Shown here: piece by piece, positions 1-7,742 of the stretch
Layout: each line of letters opens with the position of its first letter
Position numbering within the stretch: position 1 is the stretch's first letter
Source of the DNA: Abditibacteriaceae bacterium
GTDB lineage: Bacteria > Armatimonadota > Abditibacteriia > Abditibacteriales > Abditibacteriaceae
Length of the DNA stretch: 21,573 bases
Assembly (NCBI GenBank): GCA_031425655.1
Contig: JANPJS010000109.1
Coordinates: 1 to 21,573, forward strand
Direction: 5' to 3'
Program-made: the position numbers and the translations under genes
Notes under the pieces: generated by a model
Seen by the model: only the letters and a program-made list of their open reading frames with translations
Told to the model about the DNA's origin: nothing
The model's database searches: none

Positions 1-68
1 AGATCACGATGATCACAAAGGGCAAAGTTAGCAAACGTTCTTCGTGGTCTTGGTGGCCTTTGTGTTTA
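1..68. repeat. Truncated palindromic element with arms built from ~9-bp units (CACAAAG family)
   Basis: Left units gatcacgat/gatcacaaa; right units ttcgtggtc/ttggtggcc/tttgtgttt. 49..68 matches 8867..8886 at 18/20 nt. Confidence 0.65.
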
Positions 69-78
69 ACAAATCTTC

Positions 79-1080
79 TCAAGCTACCGGCAAAATGGAG
101 TGCGCCTCGAAACCCAGCATGGCCGTTGAATAGGTTTTGTCTTCGCGCATTCGCCAGCGATAATAGCCGGCAGCGGCGATCATCGCGGCGTTGTCGGTGC
201 ATAAAACGTGAGGCGGCACCACGAAATCCACGCCCGCGCCCTGCGCTGCTTCTTGCATCGCGCCGCGCAACACGCCGTTGGCCGCTACGCCGCCGCATAA
301 TCCGAGCGTTGCCGGGCGAAACTCGCGGAGCGCGCGTTCGACGTTGCGGCGCAATTGCGTAATCGCCGCGCGCTGAAAGCTCGCCGCGATGTCTGGCACG
401 CGATTCGGAATCTTTTGCGCCATCTGCGAGGCGGCGGTTTTAAGGCCCGAATACGACACGTCGAACGACGGCTCCAAATTGCTCGCGGTGAAATCGAAAG
501 CCCGCGCATCGCCACTTCGTGCGATTTTTTCCAGATTCGGGCCGCCCGGCAGCGGCAAGGCCAGCGCCCGCGCCACTTTATCGAAGCTTTCGCCAACCGC
601 GTCGTCGCGCGTTCGGCCTAATCGCTCATAAAGGCCGAAATCGCGCATCAAGATCAAATCGGAGTGCCCGCCGCTGACGACTAAGCACAGCATCGGAAAT
701 TTCAAATCGGGCTGCGCCAAAAAGTTGGAAACGATGTGCCCTTCGATGTGATTGACCGGCTGACAGGGAATGCCATGCGCGAAGCTGAGCGCCTTCGCCG
801 CCGCCACGCCGACGAGCAGCGCGCCCGCCAATCCCGGCCCGTGCGTGACGCTGATTAAATCCAAATCGCGCCAACCGATTCCGGCTTCGCGCAATGCGGC
901 GCCCAGCAGAGGATTGAGCAATTCAAGATGCTTGCGCGAGGCGATTTCCGGCACCACGCCGCCAAAAAGCTGATGCGCGTCAATCTGCGAGGCGATGAGG
1001 TTGACCACAATTTCCGCGCGGTCGCGCAAAATCGCCACGCTGGTTTCGTCGCAGGATGTTTCGATGCCAAGAGTTATCAT
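79..1080 (-). CDS. tsaD: tRNA N6-adenosine threonylcarbamoyltransferase TsaD
   Basis: LGIETSCDET start, GGVVPEIASRKH, GPGL, HIEGH metal motif, LVVSGGHS, DDAVGESFDK, SYSGLKT, CTDNAAMIA; lies in a tsaE/tsaB operon. Confidence 0.97.
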   Translation of the reverse strand: MITLGIETSCDETSVAILRDRAEIVVNLIASQIDAHQLFGGVVPEIASRKHLELLNPLLGAALREAGIGWRDLDLISVTHGPGLAGALLVGVAAAKALSFAHGIPCQPVNHIEGHIVSNFLAQPDLKFPMLCLVVSGGHSDLILMRDFGLYERLGRTRDDAVGESFDKVARALALPLPGGPNLEKIARSGDARAFDFTASNLEPSFDVSYSGLKTAASQMAQKIPNRVPDIAASFQRAAITQLRRNVERALREFRPATLGLCGGVAANGVLRGAMQEAAQGAGVDFVVPPHVLCTDNAAMIAAAGYYRWRMREDKTYSTAMLGFEAHSILPVA

Positions 1081-1595
1081 TTGGGTGCTGGGGGTTGGGT
1101 TTTAGGTGCTGGATTTCGCGGCGCAAATAGCGGTTTCCACCAGCCGGACGGATTTTGCTGCGGATAAAACCATTCCACTTTATATTTTTTTCGTGTAAAT
1201 ACGCCGCAGACAGGCACGTTTTTCCAAAGCGACGCTAATTCGGAATAATTTTCCTTCGTTAACGGTGCGTAGCTTCGCGCTCGTTGATATTTGGCAAAGT
1301 CAAATCCATCTTGGTCTTGAGAAAACATAAATATCTGCACAGAAACAATCTTTTTCTCGCGCGCAATTCTGTGGCTTGTATACGCAAACACAGTTAATCC
1401 CTTGCTTTGTGCTACTGTTAGGTTTGGCTCAACAGCACTAATTCCCATCGTTGCGTTTGGGAGTTTCAGTGCCTCCGTCGCATCAACAAGATTTTTGTAA
1501 GCCGCTCGGCTCAGGGCGTAAGAGTTAAACGCTGTTCCGCACAATAAGCCAAGCATCATCACACTCAAGATTCCAAAGTAACGTGATAGTCTCAT
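1077..1595 (-). CDS. AT-rich hypothetical protein with N-terminal signal/TM segment
   Basis: Start placed at ATG 1595, which overlaps the rimI TGA (ATGA); its TGA overlaps the tsaD ATG. Hydrophobic N-terminus FGILSVMMLGLLCG; visibly lower GC than neighbours. Confidence 0.75.
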   Translation of the reverse strand: MRLSRYFGILSVMMLGLLCGTAFNSYALSRAAYKNLVDATEALKLPNATMGISAVEPNLTVAQSKGLTVFAYTSHRIAREKKIVSVQIFMFSQDQDGFDFAKYQRARSYAPLTKENYSELASLWKNVPVCGVFTRKKYKVEWFYPQQNPSGWWKPLFAPRNPAPKTQPPAPK

Positions 1596-2047
1596 TTCGT
1601 TGTCTCCCATTTCATAATCACTGCATCGTCGCCATCGGGATAGTATTTCGGGCGCGTGCCGACGACGCGAAAACCGCTCGATTCGTAAAGCCGACGCGCG
1701 GCGGCGTTGCCGGGGCGCACTTCAAGAAAAATCTGAGTCGCGCCGCGTCGTTGGCAGGCAGCAAGCGCGGCTTCGAGCAAACGGCGCGCGATGCCCTGCC
1801 CGCGCGCCGATTCGTCCACGGCAAGCGTGCCGATTTCGCCTTCGTCGAAAATCGTCCACGCAATTACGAAAGCGCATAACACGCCGTCTTTTTCCGTAGC
1901 GAGCGCGATATATTCGCCCTGCGCAGCTTTTTCCAACGCGCTTTGCATCGTGGCCGGCGACCACGGCTGCGAAAACGAGGCTTGATCTATCGCGATAATT
2001 TGCTCGGCGTCTTCGGGGCACGCGGCGCGAATGCAAAGCTCGTTCAT
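1592..2047 (-). CDS. rimI: RimI-type ribosomal-protein-alanine N-acetyltransferase (GNAT)
   Basis: SFSQPWS, LAVDESARGQGIA (acetyl-CoA motif), LEVRPGNAAARRLY, RPKYY..DAVIM; usual position after tsaB. Confidence 0.9.
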   Translation of the reverse strand: MNELCIRAACPEDAEQIIAIDQASFSQPWSPATMQSALEKAAQGEYIALATEKDGVLCAFVIAWTIFDEGEIGTLAVDESARGQGIARRLLEAALAACQRRGATQIFLEVRPGNAAARRLYESSGFRVVGTRPKYYPDGDDAVIMKWETTK

Positions 2048-2796
2048 TGCGGCGCTTCGCGCGCCAGTTTTTCGGCTAAAACGCGCTCGGCGTTGCTCGG
2101 CGCCAAATACAGAGGCGACAGCGATAATGGGTCGTCGCGCTGGCCGTTTTGCAAGCGTTTGGCGGCCAAACGCGCCACGTTTTGCACGGCATTTTGCGGC
2201 GCCACTTCCAGCGTTTCCATGCCGATGCCGCGTAGCAATTCCGTCACTTCAGCGACGGCGCGCATTCCGGCTCCCGGCGTAGAAATCAGGGCTAACCACG
2301 GCGGCGGTTCGCGCAGAATTGCGTCGGCGATTTGCTGCGGCGTAACGATGCGTTCTTCATCGCGCGAAGCGAGTTCGAGGTCGCGTGTCAGCCACGATTT
2401 AACGTAGATTTCTCCAGCGCGGCACGGCGCGAAGGCAAAATACCAGCAATAATCGCAGATGCGAATGCTGCGCGCTTCAAGGGCTAAAGCATCTAACGAC
2501 GGCACGCCGACGAGGGGCAAATCGCGCGCTTGGGCCAGAGTTTTCGCGGTCGTGAGGCCGATGCGCAGGCCTGTCCACGAGCCGGGGCCAATGCTGACGG
2601 CGATGGCATCGAGATCGTCTAACGTCCAATCGCTTTCATTCAACACGGCGGCGATGGAAAGCATGACTTCGCTTGAAAGCCGGCGAGGTTGGTCTAAAAC
2701 GCGCGTGGCAACGTGCAGAATTTCGTGATTTTCGTCCAATTCCACGGCGGCGAACGCGGGCGCGGCAGTGCTGGTTTCCAGAGCCAGAATCTTCAT
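2044..2796 (-). CDS. tsaB: tRNA threonylcarbamoyladenosine biosynthesis protein TsaB
   Basis: MKILALETST, AVSIGPGSWTGLRIG, GVPSLDALA, C-terminal PLYL. Confidence 0.95.
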   Translation of the reverse strand: MKILALETSTAAPAFAAVELDENHEILHVATRVLDQPRRLSSEVMLSIAAVLNESDWTLDDLDAIAVSIGPGSWTGLRIGLTTAKTLAQARDLPLVGVPSLDALALEARSIRICDYCWYFAFAPCRAGEIYVKSWLTRDLELASRDEERIVTPQQIADAILREPPPWLALISTPGAGMRAVAEVTELLRGIGMETLEVAPQNAVQNVARLAAKRLQNGQRDDPLSLSPLYLAPSNAERVLAEKLAREAPQ

Positions 2797-3224
2797 CGGG
2801 ATTCAATTTCAATCGTGCGCGCATCGCCGTCGCCGGGCGCAAAGGTGACGCGAAAACGCGGCGCGGGCAGAAAATCGGCGATGCGTTCGGGCCATTCGAT
2901 GACCGTCACGGCATCATCGCGCTCGACGGCGTCCAGCACGCCGGCATCGCGGATGGCGTCGTAACACAGATTTTCCAAACGATAAGCGTCAATATGCACT
3001 AAAGGCAGGCGGCCTTCGTGTTCGACCATCAGCACGAAAGTCGGCGAAGTGACGGCGGTTTCGCAGCCCAGACCGCGCGCCAAACCTTGCACGAAAGTCG
3101 TTTTTCCGGCGCCAAGCGGGCCGCTGAGCGTGATTAAATCGCCCGCTTGCAGCGTGGCGCCGAGTTCTTCGCCCACGCGGCGCGTGCTTTGGGCATCCGC
3201 AGTCTCAAAACGTCGCACATTCAT
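2793..3224 (-). CDS. tsaE: tRNA threonylcarbamoyladenosine biosynthesis ATPase TsaE
   Basis: GPLGAGKT Walker A, VTSPTF, HIDAYRL, IEWPE. Confidence 0.96.
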   Translation of the reverse strand: MNVRRFETADAQSTRRVGEELGATLQAGDLITLSGPLGAGKTTFVQGLARGLGCETAVTSPTFVLMVEHEGRLPLVHIDAYRLENLCYDAIRDAGVLDAVERDDAVTVIEWPERIADFLPAPRFRVTFAPGDGDARTIEIESR

Positions 3225-3289
3225 AAGCGCAAATTCAGTTCAAATCGTGGCATACAAAAGGCACTAAGGCGCTTGATTCGCGCCGGGCG

Positions 3290-3318
3290 TTGACACCCGG
3301 CGCTGTGCGACTTATAAT
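3290..3318 (+). promoter_or_regulatory. Perfect-consensus sigma70 promoter
   Basis: TTGACA (3290-3295), 17 bp, TATAAT (3313-3318), upstream of the gene at 3423. Confidence 0.85.
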
Positions 3319-3422
3319 GGCGGTCAAGTTGTGCCCCGCCGCAAATTCGTCGCAAAGCTGTTTTGCCGTTGCCTTTATCGCGTAATTTTTTCAGACTCAG
3401 TAGAACCCACCGGAGGACTCAG

Positions 3423-3962
3423 ATGATTCGCAAACATTCGTCACTCGTCGCACTCGCCCCGCTCGCCGGCGCTCTGGCAACTTTGCCCTTTTTGGCGGCC
3501 CCGGCTTTGGCCCAGAACACTGCGCCCGCCGCGCCTACGACCAGTGTAGCCGCCGGCCCACCCGCCGTCATTGCCGAGCCGTCGCCGTCCGCCAACATGG
3601 CATATCAGGCGATGCGCGGCATCGTCGTTTCGCGTCCGGGCGCTAATGCGGCTCGGCTTTCGCTGGGATCGCGCAACACGCTGCGCGTCGGCGCTCGCAT
3701 CGAATATCTGCACAACGGTCTGCAAATCGCCACGGGCCGCGTCAATTCGCTGAACTTTGCCGACGCCGTGGCCACAATTGAACCCGAAATCGCCGATCAC
3801 TACATCGGCATCAACACCGACATCCGCGTGCTGGAAAATCCGGCTTACAATCTCGGCCCGACTCAGGAAGAAATTGACGACAAAGAATGGCGCCGCTTCG
3901 AGCGCGATTTCGTCCTCAGCGCCGCCATCGCCACCGGCATTTATTACGCCTTCATTCGATAA
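3423..3962 (+). CDS. Secreted hypothetical protein (signal peptide, Pro/Ala linker, small beta domain, hydrophobic C-terminus)
   Basis: SD GGAGG at 3412-3416 before ATG 3423; signal peptide ending ALA|Q; followed by a terminator. Confidence 0.85.
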   Translation: MIRKHSSLVALAPLAGALATLPFLAAPALAQNTAPAAPTTSVAAGPPAVIAEPSPSANMAYQAMRGIVVSRPGANAARLSLGSRNTLRVGARIEYLHNGLQIATGRVNSLNFADAVATIEPEIADHYIGINTDIRVLENPAYNLGPTQEEIDDKEWRRFERDFVLSAAIATGIYYAFIR

Positions 3963-3976
3963 AGCCGCTTTCACGC

Positions 3977-4012
3977 AAAAAGGCCGGAAACCATTTGGTT
4001 TCCGGCCTTTTT
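3977..4012. terminator. Bidirectional rho-independent terminator
   Basis: AAAAAGGCCGGAAACCA-tt-TGGTTTCCGGCCTTTTT between convergent genes. Confidence 0.9.
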
Positions 4013-4020
4013 CGGCCCAA

Positions 4021-4815
4021 TTACAACGATTCCTTGACCGAATTGCGCCCGATAATCGGATGCTGTTCCAATTCGACGACGGCGCCGTTAATCAGCGCCG
4101 CGTCGTCGCACAAAAACATCCATGCGAAGTGCGCGACTTCTTCGGGTTTGAGCAGGCGCCCGCCCGCGACAAGGCTGCGCGGCACGATGTCTGGCCAGTT
4201 TTCGGGCAGGCCGTCTTTGATTTTGGCCTTGTATTCGTTGGGCGTCAGCACCCAGCCGGGATTGATTTGATTGACGCGAATACCTTCCTGCGCCAGCGCG
4301 TCGGCTAAATTGCGCGTTAAGGTCATCAGCGCGCCTTTGGAAACCGAATACGCGAAAAGGTTCGCCTCGCCACAATACGCGTTAACTGAGCCGATATTCA
4401 GCACGCGCCCGCCGCCCACGCGCTGAAAGTGCGGTCGCGCGGCCTGAATCAGCAGAAACGGCGCACGCGCGTTGATGCTCATCACGCGGTCGAAAAGCGC
4501 GGCATCGGTCGTTTCCACATTCGAGCGCACCACGAAAGCGGCGTTGTTGACCAAAATATCGAGCCGCTGCCACTGCGCGCCGGCTTTTTCGACCAATTGC
4601 GCGCATTCTTCGGCATTTTCAAGCTGCGCCGCGATGAAAATCGCCTGCGCGCCTGACGCCAGCAATTCGCGCACGATGGCTTCGCCGGCTTCGCGCTCGT
4701 GATTTTGGCCATGCAAAACCACCGACGCGCCTTCTTTTGCCAACCGCCGCGCGATGGCTTCGCCGATGCCGGTCGCCGAGCCGGTAACCAGCGCGACTTT
4801 ATTTTCGATTTTCAT
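4021..4815 (-). CDS. SDR family NAD(P)-dependent oxidoreductase
   Basis: TGSATGIG Rossmann motif, NNAA, NIGS, catalytic YSVSK, IRVNQINPG. Confidence 0.95.
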   Translation of the reverse strand: MKIENKVALVTGSATGIGEAIARRLAKEGASVVLHGQNHEREAGEAIVRELLASGAQAIFIAAQLENAEECAQLVEKAGAQWQRLDILVNNAAFVVRSNVETTDAALFDRVMSINARAPFLLIQAARPHFQRVGGGRVLNIGSVNAYCGEANLFAYSVSKGALMTLTRNLADALAQEGIRVNQINPGWVLTPNEYKAKIKDGLPENWPDIVPRSLVAGGRLLKPEEVAHFAWMFLCDDAALINGAVVELEQHPIIGRNSVKESL

Positions 4816-4826
4816 AAATACCCTTT

Positions 4827-4953
4827 AGCCGTGACTTTTCAATAAACCACGGATGGACACGGATCAACACGGATTTTCACGGCTCGATTTAAAAATCCGT
4901 GTAAATCCGTGGCCGTTTCCGTGAAATCCGTGTTCCATTGAAAAGTCACGGCT
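4827..4953. repeat. Palindromic element, CACGGAT 10-bp-unit family, copy 1
   Basis: 17-bp perfect outer IR agccgtgacttttcaat/attgaaaagtcacggct; left arm has CACGGA(T) units at 10-bp spacing, right arm has (A)TCCGTG units. Confidence 0.9.
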
Positions 4954-5986
4954 TCAAAACAGCTTTCACGAGTTCGCCGTTGTGCATCGCTTCAAAGCAT
5001 TCGTGCCAATCTTCGAGCGGCGCCACGCGATTGAGAATCAAATCGAGATTCAATTGGCCGCTGCTGAGCATGGCGATGACTTTTTCCCAAATCGGCCAGT
5101 TGTGCGAAAACGAGCCTTGCAGCGTTGCGGCTTTTTGCACCAGCGGGTCAAGCGAAAAGCCCAGCGGCTGCGGCCCCCAGCCGACTTTGGTGATGTGTCC
5201 GCCGGGCCGCACCATTTGCATCGCGGTTTGCAGCGCGGCGCTGACTCCGGCGGCGTCAATCACTACATCGAAGCCATAGCCGTCGCCGATTGCGGTCACC
5301 GATTGCGCGGCTTCCTCTGTCGTAAAAGTGTGTGTCGCGCCGAGTTTTCGCGCGATGTCGAGCCGCGCTTTGTCGGCGCTGGTGCCGATAACTACAAGCG
5401 GCTGCGCGCCGGAAAGCTGCGCCATCGTCACGCAAAGCAGGCCAATCGGCCCCGGCCCGATGACGGCCACGCTATCGCCGGGCCGGATGCGCGAATGCAC
5501 GCAAACCGCGTTATAGGCCACGCAGCACGGCTCCGTCAGCGCGGCTTTTTCAAAAGCCAAATTATCCGGCAAATGATGTAAACAACGCTCCGGCACGCGC
5601 ACGAAGCGCGTCATGGCGCCGTCCACGCCGTAGCCGAAACCAAGCCGGTTCGGGTCGAGATTATACAGTCCGGCGCGCGTAAACGGCGAATTGGCATCAA
5701 TAACCGCCGCCGTTTCCGAAACCACGCGGTCGCCTTCGCTAAAGCCGCGCACGCTGCGCCCGATTTGCGCGATTTCGCCGGAAAATTCGTGGCCGAAAAT
5801 CACCGGATAATTGACTTTCCAACTGTTTTTCCCAAGCCATTGATGCAAATCGCTGCCGCAAACCCCGACGGCGCGCACCGCGAGCAAAACTTCGTCGTCG
5901 CCAATCGTCGGAATCGGCACTTCGCGCAGTTCCGCCGCGCCCGATTGAGGGCCATAATTCACGACGCCGGGCATGGTTTCAGCCAT
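4946..5986 (-). CDS. Zinc-binding (MDR) alcohol/polyol dehydrogenase
   Basis: GVCGSDLH, GHEFSG, TEPCCV, GPGPIG; start set at ATG 5986 with SD GAAGGAG upstream. Confidence 0.93.
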   Translation of the reverse strand: MAETMPGVVNYGPQSGAAELREVPIPTIGDDEVLLAVRAVGVCGSDLHQWLGKNSWKVNYPVIFGHEFSGEIAQIGRSVRGFSEGDRVVSETAAVIDANSPFTRAGLYNLDPNRLGFGYGVDGAMTRFVRVPERCLHHLPDNLAFEKAALTEPCCVAYNAVCVHSRIRPGDSVAVIGPGPIGLLCVTMAQLSGAQPLVVIGTSADKARLDIARKLGATHTFTTEEAAQSVTAIGDGYGFDVVIDAAGVSAALQTAMQMVRPGGHITKVGWGPQPLGFSLDPLVQKAATLQGSFSHNWPIWEKVIAMLSSGQLNLDLILNRVAPLEDWHECFEAMHNGELVKAVLKP

Positions 5987-6006
5987 CAAATTTCTCCTTC
6001 GCTTGC

Positions 6007-6094
6007 TTTCAATAAACCACGGATTAACACGGATTTTCACGGCCTGATTTAAAATCCGTGTTAATCCGTGTCCATCCGTGGTTTATTGAAAAGT
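6007..6094. repeat. Palindromic element, CACGGAT 10-bp-unit family, copy 2
   Basis: 18-bp perfect IR tttcaataaaccacggat (6007-6024)/atccgtggtttattgaaa (6074-6091); same units and core as copy 1. Confidence 0.9.
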
Positions 6095-6110
6095 TTGGTT
6101 TTCATAATCA

Positions 6111-6812
6111 TCACTGCGGGCCGACATTGCCGTAAGCGTGAACGCGCTCGCAGATCAGGCGCAGTTTGCTTTCCAAGTCGCCACCGGCGGTTTTGAAAGC
6201 GTCGGCGTCAATGGCCAGAGGTGCGCCCAAAACCACGAGCGGCGCGCCGTATTGAGGAGTCGAAATCGCCTCTTCGATAGTCAAACCGCCAACCGCCTGC
6301 ACCGGCACGCGCACTGATTCAACAACTTCGCGCAACTGGTCGAGCGGCGTGGCGCAATATTCGCCGCGCGCCCGAATTCCGCGCCTTTCGTCGAAGCCGA
6401 TGTGATGAATCACGAAGTCGCAGCCCAAATCTTCGAGGCGCCGCGCGGCGGCAATCATATCGGGCGCGGCTAAGTTATCGCCCATGACTTGCACGCCGAA
6501 ATCGCGTCCGGCTTTGACAACTTCGCGGATAGTTTCCTCGTGGGCGCGCTCCATGACCACGACGTGCGTGGCGCCGGCTTTAGCCATTAGTTCAGCTTCG
6601 AGCCAGCCGCCGTCCATCGTTTTCAAATCGGCGACAATCGGCACCTTCGGAAACTCGCGGCGCAGGGCGCGCACGCCGTTCATGCCTTCGGCGATAATCA
6701 GCGGCGTGCCGGCTTCGAGCCAATCCACGCCCGCGCGAAGTGCCATGCGCGCCGTGTCGAGCGCCTCGGCGATTTCCGTCACGTCCAACGAAATTTGCAC
6801 GATAGTTTTCAT
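6111..6812 (-). CDS. 3-hexulose-6-phosphate synthase / KGPDC family protein (OMP decarboxylase suprafamily)
   Basis: QISLD, LEAGTPLI, ADLKTMDGG (DxKxxD), AVGGL. Confidence 0.88.
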   Translation of the reverse strand: MKTIVQISLDVTEIAEALDTARMALRAGVDWLEAGTPLIIAEGMNGVRALRREFPKVPIVADLKTMDGGWLEAELMAKAGATHVVVMERAHEETIREVVKAGRDFGVQVMGDNLAAPDMIAAARRLEDLGCDFVIHHIGFDERRGIRARGEYCATPLDQLREVVESVRVPVQAVGGLTIEEAISTPQYGAPLVVLGAPLAIDADAFKTAGGDLESKLRLICERVHAYGNVGPQ

Positions 6813-7712
6813 TTATGTTAGCCCGTGCCGCGCCATTTTTTCGCGCAGAAATTCCGCTGACAGACGCAGATGTTCGATGCCGCAGGCCGGGTCGTCGCCG
6901 TCTTCGATGCTGATCCAGCCTGCGAAGCCGGCGCTCGATAATCGGCTGAAAATTGCGTCGTAATCGTTGAGGCCGCGCCCGATGATGCCGTGCTTCAAAA
7001 ACGGTGCGTAGCCTCGCTGCGGGTCGGCGTCTTGCTGGCGCAAATCGTCCACGCTGCCGCCTTCAAAAAAGCGGTCGCTGGCGTGCATTGAAACCACGCG
7101 CGGCAAAACGGCATCCAGCAATTGCAGCGGGTCGTCGCCAGCCACGATGGCGTTGGACGGGTCGTAATTGACGCCGAAATGCGGCGAATCGGGAATCAGT
7201 TCGAGCAGGCGCAGAAAATCGTTCTGGCGCTGCGCGAATTCCGGGTAATCCCAGTAACCGTCTTTGTAATGGTTTTCCAAAACCAGCGTCACACCGTATT
7301 GCGCCGCGTGCGGCAGGCATTCGGCGATGCATTCGGCGGCCCATTGCAGGCCGTCTTCAACCGAGATTTCGGGGCGTCTCTGGCCGCTGAGCGTGCGGCA
7401 AATCTCACCATTGAGCATTGCCGTGACTTCGATGGCGCGCTTTTGTTTTCTCACTTCGCGGCGCCGCGCGGCGGCGTCCGATTGCGTGAAATCGGGCGAA
7501 TAACACAGCATCGGGATTTGCAAATTGGCGTTCGCGGCGCGGCGATGATAATCGCCTAAATCGCGCTCGGTGGCATCGGCGACGAAGCCCCAATAAAATT
7601 CGAGGCCGTCAATCGGCAGCGTGGCGGCGAGGTCAATCCACTGTGCGACCGTCATAGTTTTTTCGACGCAGAGCGCATCGAGAAAACACTTGGGAAAAGC
7701 GGCTAAAGGCAT
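6813..7712 (-). CDS. Sugar phosphate isomerase/epimerase (xylose-isomerase-like TIM barrel)
   Basis: LVLENH, VNYDPSN, MHASDR, GWISIED metal-ligand pattern; stop abuts the next ATG (TAA-ATG). Confidence 0.88.
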   Translation of the reverse strand: MPLAAFPKCFLDALCVEKTMTVAQWIDLAATLPIDGLEFYWGFVADATERDLGDYHRRAANANLQIPMLCYSPDFTQSDAAARRREVRKQKRAIEVTAMLNGEICRTLSGQRRPEISVEDGLQWAAECIAECLPHAAQYGVTLVLENHYKDGYWDYPEFAQRQNDFLRLLELIPDSPHFGVNYDPSNAIVAGDDPLQLLDAVLPRVVSMHASDRFFEGGSVDDLRQQDADPQRGYAPFLKHGIIGRGLNDYDAIFSRLSSAGFAGWISIEDGDDPACGIEHLRLSAEFLREKMARHGLT

Positions 7713-7742
7713 AGAAAAGGCTTTTTGCGATAGATTTTCGAC

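Noticed and set aside
3325..3410. gcaaa..gtcgcaaagc resembling a c-di-GMP-I (GEMM) riboswitch
   Set aside because: The P2 stem with its GNRA tetraloop and the P3 features are missing; only short word matches.
4848..4932. Regular CACGGAT repeats as a CRISPR array
   Set aside because: Units are 10 bp with no unique spacers, arranged as inverted arms; no cas genes.
5987..6040. Longer ORF-track starts for the dehydrogenase, and likewise for thiL, thiE, HD-GYP, csbD, katE and the 3363 ORF
   Set aside because: The extensions translate repeat or intergenic DNA, or overlap divergent genes; downstream ATGs fit SD sites or family N-termini better.
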